A DNA stretch of 64,000 nt, from NCBI GenBank assembly GCA_041441555.1, contig JASDSW010000082.1, forward strand, positions 26,140-90,139, in the 5' to 3' direction. A program made the position numbers and the translations under genes. This document shows, one piece after another, positions 38,609 through 51,471 of this stretch. The stretch is from Aeromonadaceae bacterium. Its GTDB lineage: Bacteria; Pseudomonadota; Gammaproteobacteria; Enterobacterales; Aeromonadaceae. Position 1 is the first letter of the stretch. Every line of letters begins with the position of its first letter. The notes under the pieces are model-generated. The model made no database searches and was not told the origin of the DNA. It saw nothing but the letters and a program-made list of their open reading frames with translations.

Positions 38609-39043
38609 TTATTCCTCGATCTTGCCGCCTGCGGCTTCAATGGCAGCACGAGCACCCTTGGTGGCAGTCAGGCCACGAACAGTTACTGCGCGCTCAATCT
38701 TGCCAGACAGAACAACCTTAGCGAACTCGATGTTCTTATTGATCACACCGGCTTGCTTCAGGGTGTTCAGGTCAACCACGTCACCTTCAACGGTCGCAAT
38801 TTCGTGCAGACGGACTTCAGCAGTCACAGCGCCCTTACGAGAATAGAAACCGAACTTCGGCAGACGGATCTTCAACGGCATTTGACCGCCTTCAAACCCG
38901 ACGCGAGTACCGCCGCTCTTACGAGAGCCGGCACCCTTGTGACCACGACCAGAGGTCTTGCCCAGGCCTGAACCGATACCACGGCCCAGACGCTTCTTTT
39001 CAGGCTTAGAACCAGCGGCCGGAGAAAGAGTGTTTAAACGCAT
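38609..39043 (-). CDS. rplO: 50S ribosomal protein L15
   Basis: [19 protein letters not shown]. Confidence 0.98.
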   Translation of the reverse strand: MRLNTLSPAAGSKPEKKRLGRGIGSGLGKTSGRGHKGAGSRKSGGTRVGFEGGQMPLKIRLPKFGFYSRKGAVTAEVRLHEIATVEGDVVDLNTLKQAGVINKNIEFAKVVLSGKIERAVTVRGLTATKGARAAIEAAGGKIEE

Positions 39044-39046
39044 GGA

Positions 39047-39229
39047 TTACTCCTCCACCTTCACCATGTAGTAAACCTGGTTGATCATACCGCGGACGCA
39101 TGGAGTATCTTCCAGCTCAACGGTGTGACCAATGCGACGCAGGCCCAGGCCACGCAGAGATGCCTTGTGTTTCGGCAGACGACCGATAGCACTGCGAGTC
39201 TGAGTTACTTTTACAGTTTTATTAGCCAT
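39047..39229 (-). CDS. rpmD: 50S ribosomal protein L30
   Basis: [17 protein letters not shown]. Confidence 0.97.
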   Translation of the reverse strand: MANKTVKVTQTRSAIGRLPKHKASLRGLGLRRIGHTVELEDTPCVRGMINQVYYMVKVEE

Positions 39230-39235
39230 GGCGCA

Positions 39236-39736
39236 TTATCCCAGAATTTCATCGACTCTGAGGCCACGCTTGGCAGCGACTTGCTCAGGCGACTTCATGT
39301 TTGCCAGAGCGTCGATGGTAGCGCGAACCACGTTCATCGGGTTGGTGGAACCGTAGGTCTTGGCCAGTACGTTGTGCACGCCAGCCACTTCCAGCACTGC
39401 ACGCATCGCACCACCGGCGATGATACCAGTACCTTGGGAGGCAGGTTTCATGAACACGTTGGAACCAGCGTGGGTACCATTCACCGCGTGGTGCAGGGTA
39501 CCTGCGTTCAGTTCGACCTTGGTCAGGTTGCGACGAGCTTGTTCCATTGCCTTTTGAATGGCAGCAGGAACTTCACGCGCCTTACCGTAACCGAAACCTA
39601 CACGGCCGTTACCATCACCTACGACAGTCAGAGCTGTGAAGGAGAAAATACGACCACCTTTAACTACTTTAGATACACGGTTAACTGCGACGAGCTTCTC
39701 TTGCAGATCACCGGCTTGAGTTTCGACTTTAGACAT
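39236..39736 (-). CDS. rpsE: 30S ribosomal protein S5
   Basis: [16 protein letters not shown]. Confidence 0.98.
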   Translation of the reverse strand: MSKVETQAGDLQEKLVAVNRVSKVVKGGRIFSFTALTVVGDGNGRVGFGYGKAREVPAAIQKAMEQARRNLTKVELNAGTLHHAVNGTHAGSNVFMKPASQGTGIIAGGAMRAVLEVAGVHNVLAKTYGSTNPMNVVRATIDALANMKSPEQVAAKRGLRVDEILG

Positions 39737-39750
39737 TTTCGACCCCTACC

Positions 39751-40104
39751 TTAGAACTGAAGACCGGCTTCACGCGCTGCGGCAGCCAGAGCGGCTACAC
39801 GGCCGTGGTATTGGAAACCAGAACGGTCGAAGGAAATGGTGGTGACACCCTTTGCCAACGCACGTTCAGCGATTGCCTTACCCACAACGGCAGCGGCATC
39901 AGCGTTACCAGTGTATTTAACTTGCTCTGCGATGGCCTTCTCTACAGTAGAGGCAGAGGCCAACACTTCGGAACCGTTCGGTGCGATAACCTGCGCATAG
40001 ATATGGCGCGGAGTACGGTGAACCACCAGACGAGTCGCACCCAGTTCCTGCATCTTCTTGCGTGCTTTAGTAGCACGACGGAGACGAGCTGCTTTCTTGT
40101 CCAT
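39751..40104 (-). CDS. rplR: 50S ribosomal protein L18
   Basis: [26 protein letters not shown]. Confidence 0.98.
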   Translation of the reverse strand: MDKKAARLRRATKARKKMQELGATRLVVHRTPRHIYAQVIAPNGSEVLASASTVEKAIAEQVKYTGNADAAAVVGKAIAERALAKGVTTISFDRSGFQYHGRVAALAAAAREAGLQF

Positions 40105-40113
40105 AGTGTTACC

Positions 40114-40647
40114 TTACTTCTTCTTAGCTTCTTTAGTACGCACAACTTCGTCAGAATAGCGTACACCTTTGCCTTTGTAAGGCTCCGGGCTACGATAGGC
40201 ACGGATGTCAGCCGCAACCTGACCTAACAGAGCTTTATCCGCACTTTTCAGCACGATTTCAGTCTGAGTCGGGCATTCAGCTGTAACACCTTCAGGCAGT
40301 TCATGGTCGATTGGATGGGAGAAACCCAGAGCCAGACCAACAGACTTGCCTTTCGCCTGTGCACGGTAACCTACACCAACCAGCACCAGTTTGCGCTCGA
40401 AGCCAGTAGTAACACCAATAACCATGTTGTTTACCAGTGCACGAGCAGTACCAGCCTGCGCGTCTGCACCAGTCACACCTTCTTGAGGTGCGAATTTCAA
40501 CACATTTTCTTCTTTGGTGACGATAACTGCAGCGTTCAGAGTGCGCTTCAGGGTGCCATTTTTACCTTTAACAGCAATTTCCTGGCCGTTCAGGGTTACT
40601 TCCACGCCAGCAGGAATAGTAACAGGTGCTTTCGCAACACGAGACAT
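40114..40647 (-). CDS. rplF: 50S ribosomal protein L6
   Basis: [19 protein letters not shown]. Confidence 0.98.
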   Translation of the reverse strand: MSRVAKAPVTIPAGVEVTLNGQEIAVKGKNGTLKRTLNAAVIVTKEENVLKFAPQEGVTGADAQAGTARALVNNMVIGVTTGFERKLVLVGVGYRAQAKGKSVGLALGFSHPIDHELPEGVTAECPTQTEIVLKSADKALLGQVAADIRAYRSPEPYKGKGVRYSDEVVRTKEAKKK

Positions 40648-40658
40648 TTCCTAGCTCC

Positions 40659-41051
40659 TTACGCTACGTAGCAGATGATCTCACCGCCCATGCCTGCTTT
40701 ACGAGCAGCACGGTCAGTCATCACACCTTTAGAAGTAGAAACCACAGCGATACCCAGACCGTTCATGATCTTTGGCAGGTCGCCACGTTTCTTATAAATA
40801 CGCAGACCAGGGCGACTTACGCGCTGGATCAGCTCAACAACAGGCTTGCCCTGGAAATATTTCAATTCAATTTCCAGTTCAGGTTTAACGTCACCACTCA
40901 CTTTAACGTCAGCGATGTAACCTTCTTCTTTCAGCAGATTAGCAATAGCTACTTTCAGCTTGGAAGAAGGCATAGAGACGGAAACCTTGTGGGCCGCCTG
41001 ACCGTTGCGGATGCGGGTCAGCATGTCCGCGATCGGATCTTGCATGCTCAT
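40659..41051 (-). CDS. rpsH: 30S ribosomal protein S8
   Basis: [16 protein letters not shown]. Confidence 0.98.
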   Translation of the reverse strand: MSMQDPIADMLTRIRNGQAAHKVSVSMPSSKLKVAIANLLKEEGYIADVKVSGDVKPELEIELKYFQGKPVVELIQRVSRPGLRIYKKRGDLPKIMNGLGIAVVSTSKGVMTDRAARKAGMGGEIICYVA

Positions 41052-41073
41052 GTGTCTTAACTCCCGAGATTAA

Positions 41074-41379
41074 TTACCAGCTAGCCTTTTTCAGGCCAGG
41101 AATTTCGCCTTTCATCATGTGCTCACGCACTTTGATGCGGCAAAGACCGAATTTACGCAGGTAGCCGTGTGGACGACCTGTGATATTGCAACGATTACGT
41201 TGACGGCTCGGGCTGGAGTCACGCGGCAGTTGTTGCAGCTTGAGCACTGCTTCCCAACGAGCTTCATCAGAAGCATTTACGTCGGCGATGATCGCTTTCA
41301 GTGCAGCACGCTTCTCGAAGTGTTTTGCAATCAATTTCGCACGTTTGTCTTCACGTGCAATCATGGACAGTTTTGCCAT
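41074..41379 (-). CDS. rpsN: 30S ribosomal protein S14
   Basis: [21 protein letters not shown]. Confidence 0.98.
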   Translation of the reverse strand: MAKLSMIAREDKRAKLIAKHFEKRAALKAIIADVNASDEARWEAVLKLQQLPRDSSPSRQRNRCNITGRPHGYLRKFGLCRIKVREHMMKGEIPGLKKASW

Positions 41380-41390
41380 AACCCTACACC

Positions 41391-41930
41391 TTACTTACGG
41401 AATGGGAAGTTAAAGGCAGCCAGCAGAGCACGGCCTTCCTCGTCAGTCTTCGCAGTCGTTGTGATAGTGATATCCAAACCACGAACTTTATCGACTTTAT
41501 CGTAGTCGATTTCGGGGAAGATGATTTGCTCACGCACGCCCATAGAGTAGTTACCACGACCATCAAAGGACTTGGCACTAACACCACGGAAGTCACGAAT
41601 ACGTGGCATAGAGATGCAAATCAAGCGCTCCAAAAACTCCCACATACGCTCGCCGCGCAGGGTTACTTTACAACCGATCGGGTAGCCTTCACGAATCTTG
41701 AAGCCCGCAACAGATTTGCGTGCTTTGGTGATCAGTGGCTTCTGACCAGAAATTGCAGCCAGATCAGCAGCAGCATTTTCCAGTACTTTTTTGTCAGCCA
41801 AGGCTTCACCGACACCCATGTTCAGGGTGATCTTCTCGATCCGAGGGACTTGCATGACAGAATTGTAGCCGAACTGGTTCATCAGTTCCTGGACTACAGC
41901 TTGTCTGTAGGTATCATGCAGTTTCGCCAT
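41391..41930 (-). CDS. rplE: 50S ribosomal protein L5
   Basis: [21 protein letters not shown]. Confidence 0.98.
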   Translation of the reverse strand: MAKLHDTYRQAVVQELMNQFGYNSVMQVPRIEKITLNMGVGEALADKKVLENAAADLAAISGQKPLITKARKSVAGFKIREGYPIGCKVTLRGERMWEFLERLICISMPRIRDFRGVSAKSFDGRGNYSMGVREQIIFPEIDYDKVDKVRGLDITITTTAKTDEEGRALLAAFNFPFRK

Positions 41931-41943
41931 CGTTAAACTCCAA

Positions 41944-42261
41944 TTACTTTACTAGTTCACCGTTAGATTTGAAGAAACGCACTTTGTTGCCATCTTCAAA
42001 CCGGAAACCAACGCGATCAGCCTTGCCAGTAGCAGGGTTGAAAATCGCTACGTTTGATACATCAATAGGGGTTTCTTTGCTAACGATACCGCCAGCAACA
42101 CCTAAAGCCGGAACTGGCTTCTGATGTTTTTTCACCACATTGATGCCTTCAACAATTACTTTGCCCTGTTGAACCAAGACTTTAGTGACTTTGCCACGTT
42201 TGCCTTTGTCTTTACCGGTCAAAACAATTACTTCGTCTTCACGACGGATTTTTGCTGCCAT
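41944..42261 (-). CDS. rplX: 50S ribosomal protein L24
   Basis: [16 protein letters not shown] motif. Confidence 0.98.
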   Translation of the reverse strand: MAAKIRREDEVIVLTGKDKGKRGKVTKVLVQQGKVIVEGINVVKKHQKPVPALGVAGGIVSKETPIDVSNVAIFNPATGKADRVGFRFEDGNKVRFFKSNGELVK

Positions 42262-42273
42262 GTTCTGTGCTCC

Positions 42274-42642
42274 TTACAGTACTTCTGGGGCCAGGGACAC
42301 GATCTTCATGAACTTATCACCACGCAGTTCACGAGTCACTGGGCCGAAGATACGAGTACCGATCGGCTGATGTTGGTTGTTCAACAGCACAGCCGCGTTG
42401 CGATCAAAACGGATCAGAGAACCATCTTGACGACGAACGCCTTTACGGGTGCGAACGACCACCGCATTGTACACATCACCTTTTTTCACTTTTCCACGTG
42501 GAATTGCTTCTTTAATGGAAACTTTGATGATGTCGCCTACACCGGCATAACGGCGGTGCGAACCACCCAGAACCTTAATACACATTACGCTGCGAGCGCC
42601 GGAGTTGTCGGCGACGTCCAGCATACTTTGCATTTGGATCAT
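42274..42642 (-). CDS. rplN: 50S ribosomal protein L14
   Basis: [16 protein letters not shown]...SLAPEVL. Confidence 0.98.
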   Translation of the reverse strand: MIQMQSMLDVADNSGARSVMCIKVLGGSHRRYAGVGDIIKVSIKEAIPRGKVKKGDVYNAVVVRTRKGVRRQDGSLIRFDRNAAVLLNNQHQPIGTRIFGPVTRELRGDKFMKIVSLAPEVL

Positions 42643-42788
42643 GTGAGTGCTCCGCTTTACTTTACTACTGTTCCCTTTCGGGACTGGCTGCCCATTAAAG
42701 GCGCGGCATAATACCACAGCCGATCCGCGATTGGTAGTTGAAAAAAAGAACGGCCCAGTGGGCCGTCCCTATCTAACAAAGACCTAAC

Positions 42789-43037
42789 TTAGGCCTTCTC
42801 GACGATGGCAACCAGAGTCCAAGATTTGGTCTTGGAGAGTGGGCGACATTCGCGGATATCCACGAGGTCACCAACCTTACACTCGTTGTTCTCATCATGC
42901 ACGTGCAGCTTGGTGGTACGCACGATAATCTTCCCGTAAATCGGGTGTTTTACCTTGCGCTCGATAGCTACGGTGATGGACTTGTCCATCTTGTCGCTAA
43001 CGACACGACCCTGCAGAGTACGGATTTTATCGGTCAT
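42789..43037 (-). CDS. rpsQ: 30S ribosomal protein S17
   Basis: [20 protein letters not shown]. Confidence 0.98.
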   Translation of the reverse strand: MTDKIRTLQGRVVSDKMDKSITVAIERKVKHPIYGKIIVRTTKLHVHDENNECKVGDLVDIRECRPLSKTKSWTLVAIVEKA

Positions 43038-43227
43038 TACGCACCTGCCTTCTCGTTCAGAACAGTCTTGACGCGAGCGACGTCGCGACGTACTTGTTTC
43101 AGAGTATGAGTCTGAGACAGTTGACCAGTGCTGGCTTGAATACGCAGGTTGAACTGCTCACGCAGCAGACCGATCAGTTCAGCCTTCAGCTCTTCTACGC
43201 TCTTTTGGCGAAGATCTTGTGCTTTCA

Positions 43228-43228
<1 letters not shown>
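43037..43228 (-). CDS. rpmC: 50S ribosomal protein L29
   Basis: [16 protein letters not shown]. Confidence 0.97.
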
Positions 43229-43641
<413 letters not shown>

Positions 43642-43654
43642 TTACCGAATCTCC

Positions 43655-44368
43655 TTACTTACCGCGAGGCTTGCGCTTCGGCTTGGCAGGAGCCGGCTCT
43701 TGTTGAGCGGCTGCTGCGGCTGCGTTAACAGCTGCGATGCCACCCAGAACCTCGCCCTTGAAGATCCAAACCTTGACGCCGATGACGCCGTAGGTGGTAT
43801 GTGCTTCAGAGGTAGCGTAGTCGATGTCTGCACGCAGAGTGTGCAGGGGGACGCGACCTTCACGGTACCATTCGGTACGCGCGATTTCGGCGCCGCCCAG
43901 ACGGCCGCTAACTTCTACCTTGATACCCTTGGCACCCAGACGCATGGCGTTTTGTACGGCGCGCTTCATGGCACGACGGAACATAACGCGACGCTCGAGT
44001 TGAGAGCTGATGCTGTCAGCAACCAGCTTGCCGTCGAGTTCAGGCTTCCGCACTTCGGAAATGTTGATCTGTGCAGGTACGCCAGCGATCTTGGCGATGT
44101 ACTTGCGCAGCTTTTCAACGTCTTCACCCTTCTTACCGATCACCACACCCGGACGAGCGGTGTGAATGGTCACACGGATGCTCTTAGCCGGACGCTCGAT
44201 GACGATACGAGACACGGACGCAGCCTTCAGCTCCTTGGTCAGGTACTGACGGACTTGGAAGTCGCCGTGCAGGTTGTCTGCGAAGTCTTTAGTGCTCGCA
44301 AACCAAGTAGAGTTGAAAGGCTTGGTGATTCCTAAGCGAATACCATTAGGATGTACTTTCTGACCCAT
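43655..44368 (-). CDS. rpsC: 30S ribosomal protein S3
   Basis: [26 protein letters not shown]. Confidence 0.98.
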   Translation of the reverse strand: MGQKVHPNGIRLGITKPFNSTWFASTKDFADNLHGDFQVRQYLTKELKAASVSRIVIERPAKSIRVTIHTARPGVVIGKKGEDVEKLRKYIAKIAGVPAQINISEVRKPELDGKLVADSISSQLERRVMFRRAMKRAVQNAMRLGAKGIKVEVSGRLGGAEIARTEWYREGRVPLHTLRADIDYATSEAHTTYGVIGVKVWIFKGEVLGGIAAVNAAAAAAQQEPAPAKPKRKPRGK

Positions 44369-44386
44369 TGCTTATCTCCTAGCCTC

Positions 44387-44719
44387 TTAGCGGTCGGACA
44401 CTACCACAGTGATGTGGGAGGTACGCTTCAGGATACGGTCCGCGCGGCCTTTGGCACGTGGACGAATGCGCTTCATGGATGGACCTTCGTCAACCATGAT
44501 GGTGGCAACCTTCAGCGTGTCGATGTCCGCACCTTCATTGTGCTCGGCATTTGCAATGGCAGATTCCAGTACCTTCTTGACCAGAACAGCCGCTTTACGC
44601 GGGCTGAAGGTCAGCAGGTTCAGAGCCTTGTCAACCGGCAGACCACGTACTTGATCAGCAACCAAGCGAGCCTTTTGGGCAGAAGTACGGGCAAAACGGT
44701 GTTTAGCGATAGCTTCCAT
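44387..44719 (-). CDS. rplV: 50S ribosomal protein L22
   Basis: [16 protein letters not shown]. Confidence 0.98.
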   Translation of the reverse strand: MEAIAKHRFARTSAQKARLVADQVRGLPVDKALNLLTFSPRKAAVLVKKVLESAIANAEHNEGADIDTLKVATIMVDEGPSMKRIRPRAKGRADRILKRTSHITVVVSDR

Positions 44720-44729
44720 CATTTACCCC

Positions 44730-45020
<291 letters not shown>

Positions 45021-45029
45021 TTAAAAGAA

Positions 45030-45851
45030 TTACTTGTTACGACGACGTACGATGTACTTGTCGGTGCGCTTGTTCTTACGGGTCTTGTAACCCTTAGCCG
45101 GAGTGCCCCAAGGAGATACAGGTTGCATACCCTTGTTGCGGCCTTCACCACCACCGTGCGGGTGATCAACCGGGTTCATGGCCATACCACGAACGGTCGG
45201 ACGAACACCGCGCCAGCGAGTGGCACCAGCCTTACCCAGTTGACGCAGCATGTGCTCGGAGTTACCGACTTCACCGATGGTGGCGCGGCACTCGGCCAGC
45301 ACTTTGCGTACTTCACCGGAACGCAGACGCAGAGTCACATAGCTACCTTCACGGGCCAGGATCTGAGCGAATGCGCCAGCAGAACGAGCGATCTGAGCAC
45401 CCTTGCCCGGCTTCATTTCGATAGCGTGGACAGTGGTACCAACCGGGATGTTACGCATCGGCAGGGCGTTACCTACCTTGATGCCAGCATCGACGCCAGA
45501 GGCGATTGCATCACCGGCTTTCAGCCCCTTCGGGGCCAGGATGTAACGGCGTTCGCCATCTGCGTACAGCACCAGCGCGATGTGCGCGGAGCGGTTCGGA
45601 TCGTACTCCAGACGCTCAACCTTGGCCGGGATCCCGTCCTTGTTACGCTTGAAGTCGACCAGACGGTAATGCTGCTTGTGACCACCACCGATGTGACGAG
45701 TGGTGATACGGCCGTTGTTGTTACGACCGCCAGTCTTACGCTTCTCTTCTACCAGAGCAGCGAACGGCTTACCCTTGTGCAGTTCCGGGGTGACAATCTT
45801 GACGACGTGACGGCGACCCGGAGAAGTAGGCTTACATTTTACAATTGCCAT
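45030..45851 (-). CDS. rplB: 50S ribosomal protein L2
   Basis: [21 protein letters not shown]. Confidence 0.98.
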   Translation of the reverse strand: MAIVKCKPTSPGRRHVVKIVTPELHKGKPFAALVEEKRKTGGRNNNGRITTRHIGGGHKQHYRLVDFKRNKDGIPAKVERLEYDPNRSAHIALVLYADGERRYILAPKGLKAGDAIASGVDAGIKVGNALPMRNIPVGTTVHAIEMKPGKGAQIARSAGAFAQILAREGSYVTLRLRSGEVRKVLAECRATIGEVGNSEHMLRQLGKAGATRWRGVRPTVRGMAMNPVDHPHGGGEGRNKGMQPVSPWGTPAKGYKTRKNKRTDKYIVRRRNK

Positions 45852-45866
45852 TTGTTAAGACTCCTC

Positions 45867-46172
45867 TTACTCGGCAGCGCCGCCCATGAAGTCGATGTCC
45901 TGACCTGGAACCAGAGTCACATAGGCCTTCTTCCAATCGGAACGCTTGCCTACACGAGCACCGGTACGCTTGGTCTTGCCCATCACATTCAGGGTGCGTA
46001 CAGCTTCAACTTTAACTTCGAACAGTTTCTCAACTGCCGCCTTGATTTCCGCCTTGGTCGCGTCAGTGGCAACCTTGAACACGATGGTATTCAGCTTTTC
46101 AGCCACCATGGTGCTCTTCTCAGAGATGTGCGGAGCCTTCAGAACTTTCAGCAGACGCTCTTCACGGATCAT
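45867..46172 (-). CDS. rplW: 50S ribosomal protein L23
   Basis: [15 protein letters not shown]. Confidence 0.98.
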   Translation of the reverse strand: MIREERLLKVLKAPHISEKSTMVAEKLNTIVFKVATDATKAEIKAAVEKLFEVKVEAVRTLNVMGKTKRTGARVGKRSDWKKAYVTLVPGQDIDFMGGAAE

Positions 46173-46774
46173 GCCAGCATCTCCTCGATTTGCTTCACTG
46201 CTTCAGCAGTCATCAATACCTTGTCGAAAGCGATCAGGCTAACCGGGTCGAGGCCAGTTACATCACGCACGTCAACCTTGTACAGGTTGCGAGCGGCCAG
46301 GAACAGGTTCTCATCCACTTCCGGAGTGACGATCAGCACGTCGTTCAGTTCCAGGCCTTTCAGCTTGGCAACCAGATCCTTGGTCTTCGGCGCATCGATT
46401 GCGAATTGCTCAACCACGATCAGACGTTCTTGACGTACCAGCTCGGACAGAATGCTCTGCAGAGCGGCGCGGTACATCTTCTTGTTTACCTTCTGGCTGT
46501 GGTCCTGCGGACGAGCGGCGAAAGTCACGCCACCTGAACGCCAGATCGGGGAGCGAATGCTACCCGCACGAGCACGACCAGTACCCTTCTGACGCCATGG
46601 CTTCTTACCGCCACCAGAGACTTCAGAACGGCTCTTCTGAGCGCGAGTACCCTGACGCGCACCATTGGCGTAGGCTACGACTACCTGATGGATCAGGGCT
46701 TCGTTGAACTCACGCCCGAAGGTAGTTTCGGAAACTTGAAGAGCGCCTTGGGCGTCTTTCATTACCAATTCCAT
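46169..46774 (-). CDS. rplD: 50S ribosomal protein L4
   Basis: [14 protein letters not shown]. Confidence 0.98.
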   Translation of the reverse strand: MELVMKDAQGALQVSETTFGREFNEALIHQVVVAYANGARQGTRAQKSRSEVSGGGKKPWRQKGTGRARAGSIRSPIWRSGGVTFAARPQDHSQKVNKKMYRAALQSILSELVRQERLIVVEQFAIDAPKTKDLVAKLKGLELNDVLIVTPEVDENLFLAARNLYKVDVRDVTGLDPVSLIAFDKVLMTAEAVKQIEEMLA

Positions 46775-46791
46775 TACTATCTCCTCAGACG

Positions 46792-47430
46792 TTACGCTTT
46801 AACGGCAGGTTTGACGATCAGATCGCCGTTGGTTGCGCCTGGAACTGCGCCTTTAACCAGCAGCAGATTGCGCTCAACGTCGACACGAACCACATCCAGG
46901 CACTGCACGGTAACGCGCTCGTTGCCCAGGTGACCAGCCATCTTCTTGCCCTTGAACACTTTACCCGGAGATTGGTTTTGACCAATTGAACCCGGCACAC
47001 GGTGTGAACGAGAGTTACCGTGAGTCATGTCCTGGGTACGGAAGTTCCAGCGCTTAACAGTACCGGCAAAGCCTTTACCCTTGGAGGTACCAGTAACGTC
47101 CACTTTCTTGACGTCAGCGAAAACGCCAACGTTCAGCTCAGCACCGACAGCAACGTCAGCCGCTTCGCTTTCATTCAGACGAAATTCCCACAAACCACGA
47201 CCGGCATCGACGCCAGCCTTAGCAAAGTGACCAGCTTCGGCAGCAGTCAGGCGGTTAGCCTTCTTGGCACCGGTGGTAACTTGGATGGCAACGTAGCCGT
47301 CGCTTTCCAGAGACTTAACTTGAGTCACACGGTTTGCTTCAACTTCGATAACAGTCACAGGGATGGACGCGCCGTCTTCAGTGAAGACGCGAGTCATACC
47401 CAGCTTGCGACCTACAAGACCGATTGTCAT
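46792..47430 (-). CDS. rplC: 50S ribosomal protein L3
   Basis: [21 protein letters not shown]. Confidence 0.98.
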   Translation of the reverse strand: MTIGLVGRKLGMTRVFTEDGASIPVTVIEVEANRVTQVKSLESDGYVAIQVTTGAKKANRLTAAEAGHFAKAGVDAGRGLWEFRLNESEAADVAVGAELNVGVFADVKKVDVTGTSKGKGFAGTVKRWNFRTQDMTHGNSRSHRVPGSIGQNQSPGKVFKGKKMAGHLGNERVTVQCLDVVRVDVERNLLLVKGAVPGATNGDLIVKPAVKA

Positions 47431-47453
47431 TGTTATCAACCTCTATTCCGTAA

Positions 47454-47765
<312 letters not shown>

Positions 47766-47934
47766 TTACCAGAGCTCCAAATGGATAAAAGAACATAAAA
47801 CAAACCGCCCGAAGAACCCATATTGGCCCCGGAGGTTGTTTCATAACGTTTCTCCCCAAATCGGGGAGACTGTGAGGTTCACCCGGCAAACCGGTTGAAC
47901 CGAGCCTGTTGGCTCTGCTGTCAGATTGACAAGC
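47766..47934 (-). promoter_or_regulatory. S10 operon 5' leader (expected L4-responsive structured leader)
   Basis: Multi-hairpin untranslated region (e.g. TCTCCCC-aaatc-GGGGAGA) between promoter and rpsJ. Confidence 0.55.
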
Positions 47935-47940
47935 CCGCGT

Positions 47941-47968
47941 ATTATACGGATCAGCCGCCGATGCGCAA
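47941..47968 (-). promoter_or_regulatory. Sigma70 promoter of the S10 operon
   Basis: Minus strand TTGCGC-N16-TATAAT followed by GC-rich discriminator ACGCGGGC. Confidence 0.75.
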
Positions 47969-48099
47969 GCACCATCAGCGTCTTTTTTGTTCAGCCTTTA
48001 GTGAGCGAGTAACCTCTCGTCCGGCACTCTGAATTCAGCACCATTTTGGATCCCTTTGCGTCTGGAGCTATTCTGAATCCAAGGTACCCATCAACATAG

Positions 48100-48116
48100 T
48101 TGGCACGCAAAACGCA
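48100..48116 (+). promoter_or_regulatory. Sigma54 -24/-12 promoter
   Basis: TTGGCAC-GCAAA-ACGCA with GG-N10-GC spacing; partial NtrC-like GCACCATTTTGG at 48038-48049. Confidence 0.65.
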
Positions 48117-48153
48117 GGCCACAGCCAGGTGAACGACCTCATCAGGAGGACTC

Positions 48154-49260
48154 ATGACTATTTCTTTCGGCGGCAGATCCCTTCTTCGATCTTTACAACG
48201 CTGGTACTGGCTAGCGCTTTTCTTGTTGACCACTAGCGCGCTAGCGCTGGCGCCGGCTCATGCAGCAGCCGAGACAATCGAGAAGTTCCGTATCGCCTGG
48301 ACCACCTATCCCGGATGGATGCCCTGGTTCTACGCCGAGCAGCACGGCATTATCCAAAAGTGGGCCGCCAAATACCACATCGCGATCGAGTTGGTGCATC
48401 AAGAAAATTATCTCGACTCGGTGCGACGTTACACCGCCGGCGAATTTGATGGTTGCGCCATGACGAATATGGATGCCTTGACGATACCGGCCACTGCCGG
48501 CCTTGATTCAACCGCACTGATCATCGGCGACTTTTCCAATGGCAACGATGGTATTGTGCTGAAGAACAGACAACAGATGAACGATCTGGTTGGCCAATCA
48601 GTCCACTTGGCCGTCGGCAGCGTCTCCCATCACCTATTGGCCCGAGCCCTCCAGACTCAGGGGTTCGACGAAACAGATGTCCACATCATCGATGTGCCGG
48701 ACAACCAGATCGTTTCCACCTTCGCCAGCAAGACCGGCAACGCCGCTGTCACCTGGAATCCGCACCTGAGCCAACTACTGAATCAGCCGGGAAGCCACAA
48801 GGTGTTCGACTCCAGTTACATCCCGGGTGAAATCATCGATCTATTAGTGGTTCGCAGCGATCGGCTGGCAGCCCACCCGGAGCTGGGACAGGCTCTCACC
48901 GGAGCCTGGTATGAGGTGATGGCCATCATGTCCGGTGCCGATCGGCAAGCACGGCAGGCCAGGACCGAGATGGGGCAGGCCGCGGGCAGCGACCTGGTGG
49001 GCTACGAGGCTCAGATGGTGGCGACCCGGATGTTCTATCGCCCCCTGGATGCGGCTAACTTTGCCGAGAGTCCCGAGCTGGCCAAAACCATGCGGCAGGT
49101 GGCGGAGTTTGTGGCCCGCCATCATCCTTCGAAGAGGCCAGCCACTCCTGGTCGACTGATTGGCATCGAGATCCCAGCCGGCTCCTATGGCGATCCGCAA
49201 AACGTCAAGCTGCGCTTCACCGGCCACTTCATGCGACAAGCGGCCACGACTAGCCCCTGA
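48154..49260 (+). CDS. ABC substrate-binding protein, urea-carboxylase-region (urea/guanidine) family
   Basis: IAWTTYPGWMPW, YTAGEFDGCAMTNMDALTIPA, GDFSNGNDG, FDSSYIPGEIID; AGGAGG RBS. Confidence 0.85.
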   Translation: MTISFGGRSLLRSLQRWYWLALFLLTTSALALAPAHAAAETIEKFRIAWTTYPGWMPWFYAEQHGIIQKWAAKYHIAIELVHQENYLDSVRRYTAGEFDGCAMTNMDALTIPATAGLDSTALIIGDFSNGNDGIVLKNRQQMNDLVGQSVHLAVGSVSHHLLARALQTQGFDETDVHIIDVPDNQIVSTFASKTGNAAVTWNPHLSQLLNQPGSHKVFDSSYIPGEIIDLLVVRSDRLAAHPELGQALTGAWYEVMAIMSGADRQARQARTEMGQAAGSDLVGYEAQMVATRMFYRPLDAANFAESPELAKTMRQVAEFVARHHPSKRPATPGRLIGIEIPAGSYGDPQNVKLRFTGHFMRQAATTSP

Positions 49261-49291
49261 GCCCGGCCCATCAGGCCCGACCAAGAGCCGA

Positions 49292-50362
49292 CTAGCGACG
49301 TCGTTTGAGGATATAAAACGCAACCCCCATGAACAGCAGGCTCGGGGTGGTCGCCCCAATGATCGGCGGCACCTCATAAACCAGGCTCATGGGGCCAAAC
49401 ACCTGGTTGGCGACATAAAAGGAGAAGCCCAAGATCACCCCGGTGATGATGCGCAGCCCCATAGGCACCGAGCGCAGCGGTCCGAAGACAGTGCTCGCCG
49501 CCAGCAGCATCATGGCGATCACCGCCAGCGGAGCCGTCATCTTGCGCCAAAGCTCCAATTCGTAGCGCTCCACCTTCTGGCCACTCTGCTGCATGTAACG
49601 GATGTAGTCATAGAGGCCCGCCGCCGAGAGTTCATCCGGCGAGATGGCCACCACATCCAGCTTGTCAGGCGTCAGGCGCATCTGCCAACGCTCCTGAGCC
49701 ACGACTTCCGTGCCAATTTTTTGCGCATGACTGAAGGTGGTGCGATGTACCCCCTCCATCACCCAGCTGCCATCCTGGTACCGACCTCTTTTGGCCTGCT
49801 CGGTAGTCAGCAGCTCGGGCTCGGCACCAAAGCGGTAGCGGGTCACCCCCTGTAGGGAACCATCGCGCAGCACGCTGGCAATGTTGATGAAATCCTGTTT
49901 TTCGCGGATCCAGACCCCGGCGGTGGACACCGTCATCTGACCGCCGGAGACCGCCATGGTTTTCAAGTCATCGGCGCGCCGCTCGGTGATGGGTGCCAGA
50001 TACTCGCCCACCAGCATGATCAACACCATCACCGGCAGCACCGTCTTGAGCACCGCCATGACGATGTTGAAGCGCGAGCGCCCCACCGACTGCAACACCA
50101 CCAGTTCAGAGCTGGAAGCCAGTTGGCCGAGCCCGATCACCCCGCCCAGCAGGGCGCCGATGGGGAAAAACAGCACCAGCTCCTTGGGAATCGAGTAGAG
50201 CACGTACCAACCGGCGGCAATAGCATCGTAGGAGCCAGCCCCCACACTTTTCATCTGCTCGACATATTTGATGAGCGCCGAGAGGCCAACCAGCATCAGG
50301 GTACAGAGCAGGATAGCCATCAGCACGCTGCGGCCAACATAACGATCGAGAATGCCAAACAT
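49292..50362 (-). CDS. lptG: LPS export permease LptG
   Basis: ILDRYVGR, LASSSELVV, FGPLRSV. Confidence 0.93.
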   Translation of the reverse strand: MFGILDRYVGRSVLMAILLCTLMLVGLSALIKYVEQMKSVGAGSYDAIAAGWYVLYSIPKELVLFFPIGALLGGVIGLGQLASSSELVVLQSVGRSRFNIVMAVLKTVLPVMVLIMLVGEYLAPITERRADDLKTMAVSGGQMTVSTAGVWIREKQDFINIASVLRDGSLQGVTRYRFGAEPELLTTEQAKRGRYQDGSWVMEGVHRTTFSHAQKIGTEVVAQERWQMRLTPDKLDVVAISPDELSAAGLYDYIRYMQQSGQKVERYELELWRKMTAPLAVIAMMLLAASTVFGPLRSVPMGLRIITGVILGFSFYVANQVFGPMSLVYEVPPIIGATTPSLLFMGVAFYILKRRR

Positions 50363-51471
50363 CAGGCCTTGCCTCCCTTCATGCGCAAACGCAGCCGATT
50401 GCGCCAGCGGGTTTCCACCAGATTCAACGGCAGAGCAAACAGCAATAAGAACAATAAAGGCACGCTGTACAAGCCAGGCAGCGCCGGCAAGCTACCCCGC
50501 TCCAACGCCGCCTTGCCGGCAGACAGCAGCAAGAAATAGCTCAGATAGAGCAAGATCGCCGGCAGCAGTTTGGCGTAGCGTCCCTGCCGGGGATTCACCA
50601 CCGCCATCGGCACCACGATCAGGGTCAAGATTGGAATCGACAAGGGCAAGGCGACCCGCCACTGCAACTCGGCCTCGGCCTTCGGGTGGTCGCTGACCAA
50701 CAGATCCTGAAGTGGCATGGCCGATACCTTGCGATTGCCAACCGCCTCCTCGGCTCTGTCCTGTAGCCAGGTTCGATATTCGGTAAACTGCGAAATCTTG
50801 AACTCCCCCTTCGCCGTCGGCCCCTCATAGCGCTGGCCGTTGTTCAGGGTCAACCACTGCAACCCCTTCTCATCCTGCTGGATGTTGCCCGAGTCTGAGA
50901 CCACCACACTGGGTGCCTGCTTGGCATCCCCCTGCTGCAGGATGTAGATGCGGCTAAGCTCCTTGACTCCCTCGCCCTCGAGTTGATCGATATAGGCGAC
51001 CACCTTGCCGTTATCCAAATTCATGAAGCGGCCACTGTCGAGGGCAAAAAGACCCGGATCCGCCTTCACCTTCTCCAGCAGTTGATATTGCTGCTCTTCA
51101 GCCCAGGGCGCGATCCACATCGCATTGAAACCGGAGAGCAGCATGGTCAGCAGTGCCAACGCCTGGGCAATATGCATGGTGCTGGCCGGTCCCAACCCCA
51201 CCGCGCGCATCACCGTCATCTCGCTCTCGGCATACAGGCGGCCGTGGGCGAACAAGATGGCGATGAACAGACTCAGCGGCAGCATCAGCAAGGCCATGTA
51301 AGGAATGTTCAACGCCAGCATCTCGGAGACCAACTGGGTAGGAATGGCTCCTCGAGCCGCACGCGACAGGATACGAATAAAGCTCTGGCTCAAGAAGATC
51401 ATCAGCAAGATCCCGAATACCGCAATCTGGGTCTTGATGGTTTCTTTGAATATGTAACGGGACAGGATCAC
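50362..51471 (-). CDS. lptF: LPS export permease LptF (GTG start)
   Basis: GRLYAESEMTVM, AELQWR, NPRQGRY. Confidence 0.93.
   Translation of the reverse strand: MILSRYIFKETIKTQIAVFGILLMIFLSQSFIRILSRAARGAIPTQLVSEMLALNIPYMALLMLPLSLFIAILFAHGRLYAESEMTVMRAVGLGPASTMHIAQALALLTMLLSGFNAMWIAPWAEEQQYQLLEKVKADPGLFALDSGRFMNLDNGKVVAYIDQLEGEGVKELSRIYILQQGDAKQAPSVVVSDSGNIQQDEKGLQWLTLNNGQRYEGPTAKGEFKISQFTEYRTWLQDRAEEAVGNRKVSAMPLQDLLVSDHPKAEAELQWRVALPLSIPILTLIVVPMAVVNPRQGRYAKLLPAILLYLSYFLLLSAGKAALERGSLPALPGLYSVPLLFLLLFALPLNLVETRWRNRLRLRMKGGKA

Noticed and set aside
47970-48153. Possible guanidine riboswitch before the binding-protein gene
   Set aside because: No ykkC or mini-ykkC signature seen, and the sigma54 element leaves a leader of only about 25 nt.
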